From the IMG/VR virus record IMGVR_UViG_3300021579_000006: 64,000 nt of DNA. The stretch is one strand, 5' to 3'. The stretch comes from an uncultured virus (IMG/VR IMGVR_UViG_3300021579_000006). Taxonomy: Duplodnaviria; Heunggongvirae; Uroviricota; Caudoviricetes. Every line of letters begins with the position of its first letter. Positions within the stretch are counted from its first letter, which is position 1. Shown here one piece after another: positions 46,162-59,610 of the stretch. The position numbers and the translations under genes were made by a program. The notes under the pieces are model-generated. The model saw only the letters and a list, made by a program, of their open reading frames with translations, ran no database searches and was not told where the DNA came from.

Positions 46162-46181
46162 TGTCTTTCCTTCTTTCTTTT

Positions 46182-46415
46182 TTAGAGCTCAATGCCGCGA
46201 TTAGTTGCTCGCCACACACTGGGTCCGTGGTTTGTTTCTACACCAATCTTAGTAGCTTCATCTTCATAAAGTCTAACGATATGGATGCATGGATCAGATT
46301 CTTCAAACTCTTCATCTTCTGCAACTGTAGTTGGAAGCCCGTCATGTGTGTGGCAAACCGCTGGACCACACCATCCATTTTCAATTCCCGTTCGAAGCCA
46401 TTCTTCAAAATCCAT
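46182..46415 (-). CDS. Hypothetical protein (FEEWL...CHTHDG family)
   Basis: AGGAG RBS; paralog of 40132-40440. Confidence 0.75.
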   Translation of the reverse strand: MDFEEWLRTGIENGWCGPAVCHTHDGLPTTVAEDEEFEESDPCIHIVRLYEDEATKIGVETNHGPSVWRATNRGIEL

Positions 46416-46480
46416 AATCTCTCCTAAAAATTAAACCCTCCACTCACTATAGAGCAGAGGGTTTAATTTAGCAAATCTAT

Positions 46481-46798
46481 TTACTGGTATGGCTCGTGAT
46501 CTGCATCATCAAGACCATCGATCTTAACTTCTGCAACTTCAGGTTCACCAAGTCCATCAGCAGTCTTCTTTGGATCCTTGACATTAAATGCTGCATTCAC
46601 TTCTTCCATGGTCAACTTACCGTCATCCATAAATGCACGTGCAAGACGCTCGATAACAGCAGCTACAGCACCAGCACCAGCCATAAGGGCAGATTGTGCA
46701 ATGCTTACACCGACAAGCGATCCAGTACCAATTGTTGCTAACGCTGTAGCAACGAAAACCGCGATAATGCGGTATACGATGTCCAAAAACATCTTCAT
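46481..46798 (-). CDS. Membrane protein (holin-like)
   Basis: Two hydrophobic helices then DDGKLT.EEVNAAF; start re-called to MKMFL. Confidence 0.65.
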   Translation of the reverse strand: MKMFLDIVYRIIAVFVATALATIGTGSLVGVSIAQSALMAGAGAVAAVIERLARAFMDDGKLTMEEVNAAFNVKDPKKTADGLGEPEVAEVKIDGLDDADHEPYQ

Positions 46799-46854
46799 AG
46801 TGTTCTCCCGGGAGTAGAGGTAATTAAGGAAGTCCTCTCTCCCAAGGGACACTA

Positions 46855-47184
46855 TTATTTTACATCAAATTGTGCTAGCTTAGTACGAATATTGTCGCGA
46901 CGACGTAAGCGACGACGGGTATTAGAACGGTCAGCTTCGGTAGTACCACCCCAGATACCGTCAATATATGGCTGCTTCATAGCATAGGCATAGCAAGCCA
47001 TCTTATAAGGGCACTTAGAGCATAGCTCTTTAGCCCCAGTTACATTGGCATATACGGCAGATATAAACTTCCCATTTTGGTCATAATTCTCACGCGGGAA
47101 AAAAATTTCAGGATCAGTCTGAGCGCACATAGGCACCCCAAGCTCCGAAAAATCTGGCATATCTGTATAAATGTCATCTAGCAT
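46855..47184 (-). CDS. whiB: WhiB-family transcription factor
   Basis: CAQTDPEIFFP...AKELCSKCP...C...GIWGGTTEADR. Confidence 0.92.
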   Translation of the reverse strand: MLDDIYTDMPDFSELGVPMCAQTDPEIFFPRENYDQNGKFISAVYANVTGAKELCSKCPYKMACYAYAMKQPYIDGIWGGTTEADRSNTRRRLRRRDNIRTKLAQFDVK

Positions 47185-47206
47185 CGGAGCTCTTTTCTAG
47201 TTCTAG

Positions 47207-47392
47207 TTATCCTTTTTTAGCATGAAATCCACTACCCTTAAAGGTGATTGGAGGTGCGCTAAATACTCTAATTAGTCTACCTTCACACCCTTCAGTAGCG
47301 CAAGTCTCTCTTGTAGGTTCACTATTAATTCCACGAATCTCAGAGAATTTATGATCCGGGTCTATGCTGCACTTATATTCGTAGGTCGGCAA
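47207..47392 (-). CDS. FmdB-family zinc-ribbon protein
   Basis: MPTYEYKC...C..C...RVFSAPPITFKGSGF. Confidence 0.85.
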   Translation of the reverse strand: MPTYEYKCSIDPDHKFSEIRGINSEPTRETCATEGCEGRLIRVFSAPPITFKGSGFHAKKG

Positions 47393-47451
47393 GGTGTCTC
47401 CATAAAGCTGTTAGTATTGTCATGTAAATTCTACCAATAGGAAGAGCATCG

Positions 47452-48750
47452 GTGGTTACTACCTACGTCCTCGACACTAGCGTTCTGCTAGCAAACCCAA
47501 AATCAATTTTTTCATTCGAAAAGCACGAGGTAGTTTTACCACTAATCGTCCTAAAAGAGTTGGAAAATAAAAGAAATGACCCCGAACTCGGATATCCGGC
47601 TCGTCAAGCCCTTAGGTCTTTAGAAGAGCTAAGAGGCTCTAAAGGTGATCTCAAGCATGGTGTTGTAGTTAATGCTGATGGAGGCACCCTTCGAGTTGAG
47701 GTATATCCAGGTGATAGATCACTTCTTCCAGAAACTATTAAAGATGATCGCTCCCACGATACTGCAATTATTACAGTAGCTGCCTCTCTACGTGAAAGAG
47801 GTCAAGATGTAGTGCTAGTAAGCAAAGATCTACCAATGCGACTACTAGCATCTACAGCTGTAGACATTACTGCTGAAGATTACCGTGCAGATATTCTTCC
47901 AGACTCTGGCTATACCGGAGTTGTACAAGTAAATGTTGAAAAAGAAATACTTGATTCACTATACGAAAATAAAGTTTTACCAACCTCTAGAGTTAGTGAT
48001 GAACTAAAAGACACCCCCGTCCACACTGGAGTGATTCTAAAGGCAGGTAGATCATCTGCTATTGCACGAATCACTGCCTCAGGTGGAGTAGAGCTAGTCC
48101 CCCAAGACCTAGAAGCATTTGGTGTCCGCGGCAGATCAGCTCAGCAGCGTATTGCCTTATCACAGCTACTTGATAACTCTATTGGTATTGTCTCGATGAG
48201 CGGTAGCGGTGGAACCGGTAAGAGCATGCTTGCCTTAGCTGCCGGACTAGAAGCAGTAATCGAGCAACGTACTCATAAGAAGATAGTTGTCTTCCGCCCA
48301 CTCTTTGCTGTTGGTGGTCAGGAACTAGGATTCCTTCCGGGCTCTGAAGCGGAGAAGATGAACCCATGGGCAGCAGCAGTATTCGATGCCTTAAGTGCAT
48401 TTGCATCTAAGAACGTCATCGAGGATGTAATTGATCGTGGAATCATCGAGGTGCTACCTCTAACCCATATTCGTGGTCGTACCTTCACCGATACCATCAT
48501 AATTATTGACGAGGCTCAAAACCTGGAGCGTAACGTACTCCTCACCGCTCTGAGCCGTACTGGAGAGAATACTCGAGTATTCATCAGTAGCGATGTTGCC
48601 CAGCGTGACAACCTGCGTGTTGGTCGTCACGATGGAATCGCCTCTGTTGTTGAGAAGCTTAAGGGCGAAGAACTATTTGCCCACATCAAGCTAACTCGTT
48701 CAGAGCGAAGCCAGGTTGCCGAGATGGTTACTCGACTCCTTGACGAATAA
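47452..48750 (+). CDS. phoH: PIN-PhoH (PhoH2-like) protein
   Basis: YVLDTSVL PIN motif, GSGGTGKS, LGFLPG, IRGRTF and IIDEAQN. Confidence 0.93.
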   Translation: MVTTYVLDTSVLLANPKSIFSFEKHEVVLPLIVLKELENKRNDPELGYPARQALRSLEELRGSKGDLKHGVVVNADGGTLRVEVYPGDRSLLPETIKDDRSHDTAIITVAASLRERGQDVVLVSKDLPMRLLASTAVDITAEDYRADILPDSGYTGVVQVNVEKEILDSLYENKVLPTSRVSDELKDTPVHTGVILKAGRSSAIARITASGGVELVPQDLEAFGVRGRSAQQRIALSQLLDNSIGIVSMSGSGGTGKSMLALAAGLEAVIEQRTHKKIVVFRPLFAVGGQELGFLPGSEAEKMNPWAAAVFDALSAFASKNVIEDVIDRGIIEVLPLTHIRGRTFTDTIIIIDEAQNLERNVLLTALSRTGENTRVFISSDVAQRDNLRVGRHDGIASVVEKLKGEELFAHIKLTRSERSQVAEMVTRLLDE

Positions 48751-48758
48751 AACCAAGC

Positions 48759-48798
48759 AAAAGAAAACCCCTCCTTCGGGAGGGGTTCTCTTTTTTTT
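48759..48798. terminator. Bidirectional terminator
   Basis: aacccctcc-TTCG-ggaggggtt flanked by A and T tracts between convergent genes. Confidence 0.9.
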
Positions 48799-48805
48799 CT
48801 AAAGA

Positions 48806-51891
<3,086 letters not shown>

Positions 51892-52285
51892 AGCAGCTCT
51901 AGCCTCTCTTTTACTTGTTCTACATCGTCTGGTGTGCCAGTTATTTCAACTTTATACAGCAAAGGCACTCCGGTTTTTGCTGAAATAATCTCCGCAGCCT
52001 TACAGAAGTGAGTACCGAAGTTGAAATCTCCAGTACCTATAACACCTCTAAGTAAAGCACGATTACTTTCTATATTCAAGAAATTAATCACCGATTTAGG
52101 AACAGTTCTATTGTCTGCTCCACCACCGTACGTAGGACTTACTATAACGTATTCACGTTCTACAGTCAAGGGGGATTTTTCATCCCAGCGCAGGGGTATC
52201 TGAATTAGGTTAAAACCTAATTTATTTACAAATCTTTTAGTATTCCCCGACACGTTTGAGAAATAAACGATGTCGTACATACGAG

Positions 52286-52507
52286 CTACTTCAGGGAGTT
52301 TAGTCGGTCAGGGAGGAAACCACTCCAATGCGCATCTCCGGCAACTACAACAGGAGCAGCTTGATAGCCAAGACCCTTCACATAATCAGCGGCATCAGAG
52401 TCAACGCTAAGGTCAATAGTAGTGAAATCAATGCCGTTATTTGTTAAATATCTCTTTGTTGTGTCGCACTGTACGCAAGAGGGGAGAGTATAAACGGTTA
52501 CGGCCAT
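52286..52507 (-). CDS. nrdH: Glutaredoxin-like NrdH
   Basis: CVQC, APVV and WSGF; start re-called to MAVTV. Confidence 0.93.
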   Translation of the reverse strand: MAVTVYTLPSCVQCDTTKRYLTNNGIDFTTIDLSVDSDAADYVKGLGYQAAPVVVAGDAHWSGFLPDRLNSLK

Positions 52508-52598
52508 TTTTGATTTTCTTTCAATAGGAGATGAGAAATCCTGACGTTTTTTGAGGACGCCAGGACCATTAGTTAATCCAGTATAGGACAAAAATCAA

Positions 52599-52850
52599 CT
52601 ACTGATTTTCGTCATTATTCAAGAATAGTGCATCCATAATCTCTTTGCAAGCTGAACAAATTCGGAGCTTATCCGGATTGCGGAATGGCACAAAAACCTT
52701 GCCACAGATGGCTTGAACAGGGGTACCTAAGACATATCCAGCAGTGGTCGAGACTTTCTCAGCATAGTGAGCAAAGACTTCGTTGCCTTCATCATCAAGC
52801 TGAATCTGATTTTCAGTCTCTACAATTTCTAAGGTAGATACGCTAGTCAT
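52599..52850 (-). CDS. DUF3039-like protein
   Basis: AHY..K...GTPVQAICGKVFVP...CSACKEI. Confidence 0.8.
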   Translation of the reverse strand: MTSVSTLEIVETENQIQLDDEGNEVFAHYAEKVSTTAGYVLGTPVQAICGKVFVPFRNPDKLRICSACKEIMDALFLNNDENQ

Positions 52851-52965
52851 TAGGGACCTCTAGGGGGTTTTTAAAAGCCATACACGTATTTTACCTCAAA
52901 ATTAAAGTTTTATCCATGATGTAAAATAAGAATAGCCAAATCCTACTCTCCTGCGGAAGAAATAT

Positions 52966-53328
52966 ATGAGCACACCAGCTGGACTATACAATATGGTTGC
53001 TGACCAAGGCTCTACTTTTTCACGCACTATCCTATGGAGAGACCCTGCAAAAAAGCCTATCCTACTTAGAGGATACACAGCCCGCATGCAGGTGAGAAAA
53101 ACAAGCGATAGCGATGTAATAATCCTTGACCTAACAACTGAAAATGGTGGGATCAGTTTAGGAGCTTCAAATGGAAACATTGAACTTTATGTTTCTGATG
53201 AAGATATGGCAACCATACCTGAAGATAAGTACGTTTACGATCTAGAGCTAGTTGCCCCAAACTCCGAGCTTTATGTATACAAACTGATTCAGGGAAATTT
53301 TGTAGTTAGAGCAGAGGTGACCAGATAA
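52966..53328 (+). CDS. Virion structural protein (tail or baseplate associated)
   Basis: AGLYN...DQGSTF...GYTARMQVR...YVYDLEL...QGNFVVRAEVTR; first gene of the fibre operon. Confidence 0.7.
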   Translation: MSTPAGLYNMVADQGSTFSRTILWRDPAKKPILLRGYTARMQVRKTSDSDVIILDLTTENGGISLGASNGNIELYVSDEDMATIPEDKYVYDLELVAPNSELYVYKLIQGNFVVRAEVTR

Positions 53329-53645
53329 TGGCTGGAGATGTAGCGAGTAGTGTCGCATCCGGTAAATATGTTCGCCAAATCATAGTCTCCGCCCCCGGAC
53401 CCCAAGGTCCAGCTGGAACTAACGGTATTGCTGCCAGTGAAATTGTACCCCTAGTTTCTTATAGGCATCTACAAAGCACTCCGGCAACAATCTGGACTGT
53501 ACTGCACAATTTAAACTTCTTTCCAAATGTGACTGTCTTTGACAGTGGGGAATCGCAGATAGAAGGAACAGTGACACATATCAATGAAACTCAACTAACC
53601 ATATCTTTTTCAGAGGCAATTTCTGGAAAAGCTCATCTCTCATAA
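53328..53645 (+). CDS. Tail-fibre-associated protein
   Basis: Short collagen GPQGPAG; W.V.HNL.FFP.VTV.D. Confidence 0.7.
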   Translation: MAGDVASSVASGKYVRQIIVSAPGPQGPAGTNGIAASEIVPLVSYRHLQSTPATIWTVLHNLNFFPNVTVFDSGESQIEGTVTHINETQLTISFSEAISGKAHLS

Positions 53646-53654
53646 GGAAACATA

Positions 53655-55025
53655 ATGTCACGTCAATTCCTAACGGGGCTCAATCTTAATAAGAATGAGC
53701 TGCTGAATGCCAGAATCCAAAACCTGGCTATTGCTCCTCAGTCACCTGTAGCTGGTCAAATCTATTACAACACTGGTGACAACACTCTTCGCTACTTCAA
53801 TGGCACCTCTTGGCTAACCCTTGCTCAGGGTGGAAGCGTTTCAGATGCTATCAATGCAGCAATCACAGCTCTTGATCTAGCAAACACCTATGATGCTAAG
53901 GGTGCTGCAGCAGCGGCTCAGACTGCAGCTGAAGGATATGCAGATTCACTCGCAGGTAACTACGATGCAGTGGGCTCAGCGGCTTCTGCTGAAGCAGCTG
54001 CTAAATCATATGCCAATGGTCTTGCTGTCAACTATGACGTAGCTGGAGCAGCATCAGCTGCCCAAACTGCAGCTCAGAACTACGCTGATGGTCTAGCTGT
54101 AAACTACGATGCTGCAGGTTCTGCAAGCACCGTACAAGGACACCTAGATACCCACACTGGATCTTCCTCTGGAGTTCACGGAGTAACTGGTGATGTTGTT
54201 GGAACTTCTGATATTCAGAATCTTTCTAATAAGACCTTCACCGGGGATACCTACTTCCAATCAGCTGGTGGAGCAGGCGGGGCTAATAACTTTGTTAGCG
54301 TTGATAATAGTTCTGGAAAACTAACCGTACATTCAGGTTATGCAGTAGACATAACTACTCCCGGAACCGTAGACATTGTTTCCACTACTGGAAATATCGT
54401 TCTTAATGCTGATGGTACTGCCTATATTACAGCCGCGTCGGCAGGCAATGAGATCGCTTCTCACGGTTATGTAGGCGGTCTTATTGGTGATGCAACTGTT
54501 AATGGCTCAACTGGAAATACTGTTAAGGATCGCATTGACTCTGCAGTAGCAGGATTAGTCGCTGGTGCTCCGGATCTTCTTAACACTCTCAATGAACTTG
54601 CAGCAGCAATTGCTGATGACCCAAGCTTCGCAACCTCTGTTACCAATGCTATTGCTAATAAGGTTGCTAAGAATGGCGACACCATGACTGGTGACCTAAC
54701 TCTTGCAAGCGATCCGACATCTAACTTAATGGCTGCAACCAAGCAGTATGTAGATAATACTGTATCTGGAGCTATCTCGGCTGCTGCTCCTACTACTAAG
54801 CACACCGAAGCAAATGCGGAACTAGTGCCGTCTAGTAATGTTGTTTCATGGACCGTGACTCACGGACTAGGTACCCGCAACGTACTAGTTCAGGTATTTG
54901 ATGCCGTATCATATGATCAGGTTGAAGTAGATGTAGTTCGTACCAGCACTACTGTTGCAACTCTTTCATGGGTTTCAGCAGCTACTGTTGCAGCTGGTGC
55001 ATATCAAGTTGTAGTAATCGGCTAA
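53655..55025 (+). CDS. Tail fibre protein
   Basis: YDA.G.A.AA repeats, [31 protein letters not shown] and HGLGT. Confidence 0.8.
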   Translation: MSRQFLTGLNLNKNELLNARIQNLAIAPQSPVAGQIYYNTGDNTLRYFNGTSWLTLAQGGSVSDAINAAITALDLANTYDAKGAAAAAQTAAEGYADSLAGNYDAVGSAASAEAAAKSYANGLAVNYDVAGAASAAQTAAQNYADGLAVNYDAAGSASTVQGHLDTHTGSSSGVHGVTGDVVGTSDIQNLSNKTFTGDTYFQSAGGAGGANNFVSVDNSSGKLTVHSGYAVDITTPGTVDIVSTTGNIVLNADGTAYITAASAGNEIASHGYVGGLIGDATVNGSTGNTVKDRIDSAVAGLVAGAPDLLNTLNELAAAIADDPSFATSVTNAIANKVAKNGDTMTGDLTLASDPTSNLMAATKQYVDNTVSGAISAAAPTTKHTEANAELVPSSNVVSWTVTHGLGTRNVLVQVFDAVSYDQVEVDVVRTSTTVATLSWVSAATVAAGAYQVVVIG

Positions 55026-55052
55026 TAAGCCTTTAAATAAAGAGGAAAAACT

Positions 55053-55451
55053 TTGTCAAGAAAGTTTTTAACGCCAGTAAACCTGCCACATGGGCCAGTT
55101 CTACCTGCGGCAGGTTTAACTGGCGACCTCTTTTTTCTAACTACAGACAAAAAGGTATATACCTTTGATGGCAGTTCCTGGTCTGCTTCTAGCGGGCCAT
55201 CTGCAGCAATGTCAACCCTTACAGATGTTCAGGCACCCTCACCTGCAGGCGGAGATGTCCTTCTCTACGACCAAACCACTACCTCCTGGGTAAATATTAG
55301 TTTGATCAGCCTACTGTCCGATTTCGGGCTTATTTCTGCAGATGCTGGACTATACAACGTGTCTTCAGTAACTGGTACAATTGATGGTGGAACCTCTACC
55401 ACTACTACCTACAACTTTACCTATGATGGTGGAAACGAAAGTAGCTTCTAA
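55053..55451 (+). CDS. Tail-fibre-associated protein
   Basis: MSRKFLT start like 53655; LTDV...GDVLLYD..WVN; DGG repeats. Confidence 0.7.
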   Translation: MSRKFLTPVNLPHGPVLPAAGLTGDLFFLTTDKKVYTFDGSSWSASSGPSAAMSTLTDVQAPSPAGGDVLLYDQTTTSWVNISLISLLSDFGLISADAGLYNVSSVTGTIDGGTSTTTTYNFTYDGGNESSF

Positions 55452-58400
55452 TGGCAATTAAGATTCAGCTTAGACGCGGTACTGCCGCTAACTGGACCTC
55501 AACTAACCCTACCCTTTCTGATGGTGAAGTCGGCTTTGAGTCAGACTCTGGCAAGTTTAAAATTGGTCGAGCCGGCCTCGCTTGGGCTGATCTCGGATAT
55601 GCAACCGATCTACCTAGTCAGGTTGATGCATTAATTGCTGACCTTGCAAATACAGTCTCAGCACACAGCAGCTCACACACTAACGTTCACGGCATCGCTG
55701 ATACAAACGAACTAGAGACTAAGACTGGTGCTCAGAATAGGGTAGATGTTGGAGTTTCCACTGCAGAGTCATATACAGATTCAGAGCTATATGCCCACAA
55801 CTCTTCAATTCTTAATATTCACGGTATTGCAAACACTGCTGCCCTCGAAACTAAGACTGGCGCTCAGACCAAGGCAGATACTGCTGAATCAGCAGCAAAG
55901 GCTTACGCTGACTCAGCCATCTCTGCGCTAGTAGATTCATCACCAAACCTACTAAATACCTTAAATGAACTGGCCGCAGCTCTTGGAGATGACCCTAACT
56001 TCTCCACTACTGTTGCTAATAACATTGCAACTAAGGCAACTCTTGTTGTAGACACTGCCGCCAACCTGACTTCTGCTAATGCAGTACCTGAGGCAAGCAG
56101 CTTCGTTCTAGAGTCAAATACCGGTAAGTTCAAGATCGGTAATGGTACCTCCCACTGGACTGCTCTTCCATATGCTGGAACAACCTCTACAGAGATTACC
56201 GATCTAACAGCTCAGCTAGAGAACTATGCCAACAATATGATGGCATATCACATGGCCCAAACCACCGAGGTCCATGGTATTGCTAATGTTGCCGACCTAG
56301 TTGTTTCATCAACTCTTTATGCACACACAAGCGATACTACAAATGTACATGGTATCGCTAATACTGCCGATCTAGCGATGCTCTCAGACATCGATACCCA
56401 CAACCTAGACACCACAAACGTGCACGGTATCGCAAATACTGCAGCACTTGCAACTAAGTCAGACATCGACACCCACAACACTACGACTACCAACGTACAT
56501 GGTATTGCTAATACTGCACTCCTTCTAACAACTGCCGACCAAACCACTATCAACAACTCGATAGCTCTCAAGGCAGACATTAACTCCCCGACTCTAACTG
56601 GAACTGTCGTTCTCCCTGCCACTACCTCAATTGGCAATGTGTCAGCGTCAGAGATTAGTTACGTAGATGGTGTTACCTCAGGTATTCAGGCTCAGCTTGA
56701 TAGCAAGGCCCCGACTGCCAATGCCACATTTACCGGAACAACCTCCGGTATTACCAAAGCAATGGTTGGTTTATCTAATGTTGACAACACCTCAGATGCT
56801 AATAAGTCAATCTCTACAGCAACCCAATCTGCCCTAGATTTGAAGGCACCTACTTCAAACCCAACCTTTACCGGTACTGTAGTTCTACCAGCAGCAACCT
56901 CTATCGGAAACGTATCTGCAACCGAGCTAGGCTATGTAGATGGTGTTACTTCAAGCATTCAAGCTCAGCTTGATTCAAAGCTAAGCACAGCCTCTATTGC
57001 AGCAACTTACGCACCGATCGAGTCACCAACCTTCACAGGAACCGTTTCCGGTGTAACTAAGGCTATGGTAGGACTCGGCAACGTAGATAACACTTCGGAT
57101 GCTGGCAAGCCTGTATCAACTGCTCAGCAGGCTGCACTTGACCTAAAGGCACCACTTGCCAACGCAACACTTACTGGAACTGTAGTTCTTCCTGCAACTA
57201 CATCTATCGGTACAGTATCTGCCGCCGAGATCGGATATGTAGATGGAGTAACATCTTCAATCCAAACTCAGTTGGATTCTAAGGCACCTACTTCAAACCC
57301 AACCTTTACCGGTACCGTTTCCGGAATTACCAAGTCAATGGTTGGTCTTGCTAACGTAGATAATACATCGGATGCCAATAAGCCAGTATCTACTGCAACT
57401 CAGACTGCTTTGGATCTTAAGGCTAACCTAGCTAGCCCAACCTTCACTGGAACTCTTGTTGCCCCTACAGTTAATGCAACTGACCTAACTACTGCTAACC
57501 TAACGGTCACCGGAACCCAAACTATTGTAAATAGTACTAACCTTGCAGTAGCTGACTCACTTATCTACCTAGCTGACTCGCAGTATTCAGCTGATATTTT
57601 AGATATAGGTATTTATGGTGCCTACGGTAATGGTGGAACCAACAGCTCTAACCACCCACACACTGGTCTTGTCCGCGATGCCTCCGATGGAGTATGGAAG
57701 CTAGTATCTGGAGCAACCGAACCAACAGATAGCGTAGTCGACTTCACTGGAGTTACCTATGACACTCTAAAGATTGGTGCTCTGCAGGCAACATCTGCAA
57801 CTATTGGAAATGTCTCAAACACCGAGCTCCAATATCTTGATGGCGTAACCTCGGCAGTCCAGACTCAGATTGATTCAAAGGCTCCAACGGCCAGTCCAAC
57901 CTTTACAGGAACTGTAACCCTCCCAACTGGAACTGTTACTTCAGCAATGATCCTGGACGGGACCATTGTTAATGGCGATATTTCAGACTCAGCTGCTATC
58001 GCAGTTTCTAAGCTTGCAGCATCAACCATCTCAGGTATCACCCTAGGAAGTAACCTAAACACTCTTACCATCAACAGCGGCCTAACCGGAACTTCATACA
58101 ACGGTTCAAGCGCTGTGACTATCGGTATTGATACTGCAGTGGTTGCAACCCTAACTGGAACTCAGACCCTCACCAACAAGACAATCAGCCTCGCTTCCGG
58201 TGGAGTTACATTCTCAGATGGGTCAGTTCAAACTGTTGCTGGCGTTCCTTCAATTACTACTATCTCGGGTAAGAGCGCTTCATACACCCTAAGCGCACTA
58301 ACTGAGCGTGACACAATCATTGAAGTTGCTAATACATCAGCCACTACTCTAACTATTCCTCTGGACTCAACATTGAACTTCCCAGTAGGCACTACAATTG

Positions 58401-58561
58401 ATATTATTCAGACTTCAACAGGTCAGGTAACAATTGCTGGTGCCGGTGGAGTTACCGTAAATGCTACTCCAGGTCTGAAGCTTCGCACTCAGTGGTCATC
58501 TGCTACACTACTAAAGCGTGCAGCAAACACCTGGTTGGTCTACGGAGACCTGTCAGCTTAA
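55451..58561 (+). CDS. Long tail fibre with Mtd-N-like domains and His repeats
   Basis: IQLRRGTAANW..NP.L..GE.GFESDSGKFKIG with a second internal copy; NVHGIANT repeats; VGL.NVDNTSD repeats; C-terminal W...GDL. Confidence 0.85.
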   Translation: MAIKIQLRRGTAANWTSTNPTLSDGEVGFESDSGKFKIGRAGLAWADLGYATDLPSQVDALIADLANTVSAHSSSHTNVHGIADTNELETKTGAQNRVDVGVSTAESYTDSELYAHNSSILNIHGIANTAALETKTGAQTKADTAESAAKAYADSAISALVDSSPNLLNTLNELAAALGDDPNFSTTVANNIATKATLVVDTAANLTSANAVPEASSFVLESNTGKFKIGNGTSHWTALPYAGTTSTEITDLTAQLENYANNMMAYHMAQTTEVHGIANVADLVVSSTLYAHTSDTTNVHGIANTADLAMLSDIDTHNLDTTNVHGIANTAALATKSDIDTHNTTTTNVHGIANTALLLTTADQTTINNSIALKADINSPTLTGTVVLPATTSIGNVSASEISYVDGVTSGIQAQLDSKAPTANATFTGTTSGITKAMVGLSNVDNTSDANKSISTATQSALDLKAPTSNPTFTGTVVLPAATSIGNVSATELGYVDGVTSSIQAQLDSKLSTASIAATYAPIESPTFTGTVSGVTKAMVGLGNVDNTSDAGKPVSTAQQAALDLKAPLANATLTGTVVLPATTSIGTVSAAEIGYVDGVTSSIQTQLDSKAPTSNPTFTGTVSGITKSMVGLANVDNTSDANKPVSTATQTALDLKANLASPTFTGTLVAPTVNATDLTTANLTVTGTQTIVNSTNLAVADSLIYLADSQYSADILDIGIYGAYGNGGTNSSNHPHTGLVRDASDGVWKLVSGATEPTDSVVDFTGVTYDTLKIGALQATSATIGNVSNTELQYLDGVTSAVQTQIDSKAPTASPTFTGTVTLPTGTVTSAMILDGTIVNGDISDSAAIAVSKLAASTISGITLGSNLNTLTINSGLTGTSYNGSSAVTIGIDTAVVATLTGTQTLTNKTISLASGGVTFSDGSVQTVAGVPSITTISGKSASYTLSALTERDTIIEVANTSATTLTIPLDSTLNFPVGTTIDIIQTSTGQVTIAGAGGVTVNATPGLKLRTQWSSATLLKRAANTWLVYGDLSA

Positions 58562-58578
58562 TAGGAGAGAATTAAGAA

Positions 58579-59544
58579 ATGGCAAAAAGAGCTGGTAGAC
58601 ACTCACAGTCACAGAATGACTTCCTACAGCCTAATGATGTAACAATCACAACTGCAACTAACGTTGGAACTAACCGACCATACCTTGCTGTAGCTACCGG
58701 AACTAATGGTCAGGGTGGTGCTGTAAACCTAGTATGGACCCTTCCAGCACTATCTCCAGCAGCAACAAGCTATGACATCACTTCAACCCCAGCAACTGTA
58801 ACTAAGAATACAACTACACTACCTACTGGTGGTGCACCGTTTGTGTTTGAAGGTCTTGCTTCTGGAGTTTCATATACATTCTCTGTAGTTGCAAAGAATG
58901 CTGCTGGAAATTCTAATGCAGTAACATCATCTTCAGTTGCAGTTACTACTGTTCCTCAAGCTCCTCAGTCGCCAGCCCTAAGCTCGCCAAGTGCTGACTC
59001 TGACCGAATTGCTTGGACTGTAGGAGCAACTGGTGGTTCAGCTATTACTCAAACTACGCTGGTTCCATCGCTAGCCCCAAATACTCCTATCGTCATCGGA
59101 GTAGGGTCCCTAGCCAATAGCGGCACTCCTACTAGCGCTGTATACTACGATACCCCCGTTCCAGGTGGAACAAATGAGTACTTTAGCCTCTATGCCACTA
59201 ACGCAAATGGTAACTCGGCTACTGTAACCACTAATACTATCTCTACTACACCACCGTTCTTCCCACCGTTCTTCCCACCGTTCTTCCCTCCTTACTTCCC
59301 ATTCTTCCCACCGTTCTTCCCACCGTTCTTCCCACCGTTCTTCCCTCCTTACTTCCCATTCTTCCCACCGTTCTTCCCACCGTTCTTCCCTTACTTCCCA
59401 TTCTTCCCACCGTTCTTCCCACCGTTCTTCCCACCGTTCTTCCCACCGTTCTTCCCACCTTCATTCCCACCACGCTTTGGAATCTTCTCTATTGATCCGA
59501 GTATGATGGAAGAGGAATCTGAAGTCGAAGAAGACGAAGAATAA
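58579..59544 (+). CDS. Fn3-domain virion protein with (PPFF)n tail
   Basis: Fn3 motifs (GL.SG.SYTFSV.A.NAAG.S), then a 74-aa Pro/Phe/Tyr repeat and acidic end. Confidence 0.85.
   Translation: MAKRAGRHSQSQNDFLQPNDVTITTATNVGTNRPYLAVATGTNGQGGAVNLVWTLPALSPAATSYDITSTPATVTKNTTTLPTGGAPFVFEGLASGVSYTFSVVAKNAAGNSNAVTSSSVAVTTVPQAPQSPALSSPSADSDRIAWTVGATGGSAITQTTLVPSLAPNTPIVIGVGSLANSGTPTSAVYYDTPVPGGTNEYFSLYATNANGNSATVTTNTISTTPPFFPPFFPPFFPPYFPFFPPFFPPFFPPFFPPYFPFFPPFFPPFFPYFPFFPPFFPPFFPPFFPPFFPPSFPPRFGIFSIDPSMMEEESEVEEDEE
59251..59472 (+). repeat. Coding tandem repeat of 12-bp unit CCACCGTTCTTC (PPFF) with a 57-bp higher-order unit
   Basis: Directly visible; variant units CCTCCTTACTTC and CCATTCTTC. Confidence 0.97.
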
Positions 59545-59610
59545 AAAAAGATATAACCTAGAAGAGGGGCAGAGAAATCTGCTCCTCTTTTAGCATTCCC
59601 AGGAGAGATT

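Noticed and set aside
55451..58561. Diversity-generating retroelement suggested by the Mtd-N-like domain
   Set aside because: No reverse transcriptase and no TR/VR pair with adenine-specific mismatches was seen in this window.
59246..59473. Minus-strand ORF with GRTV repeats (and 59391-59666 with GGKN repeats)
   Set aside because: Antisense shadows of the PPFF repeat.
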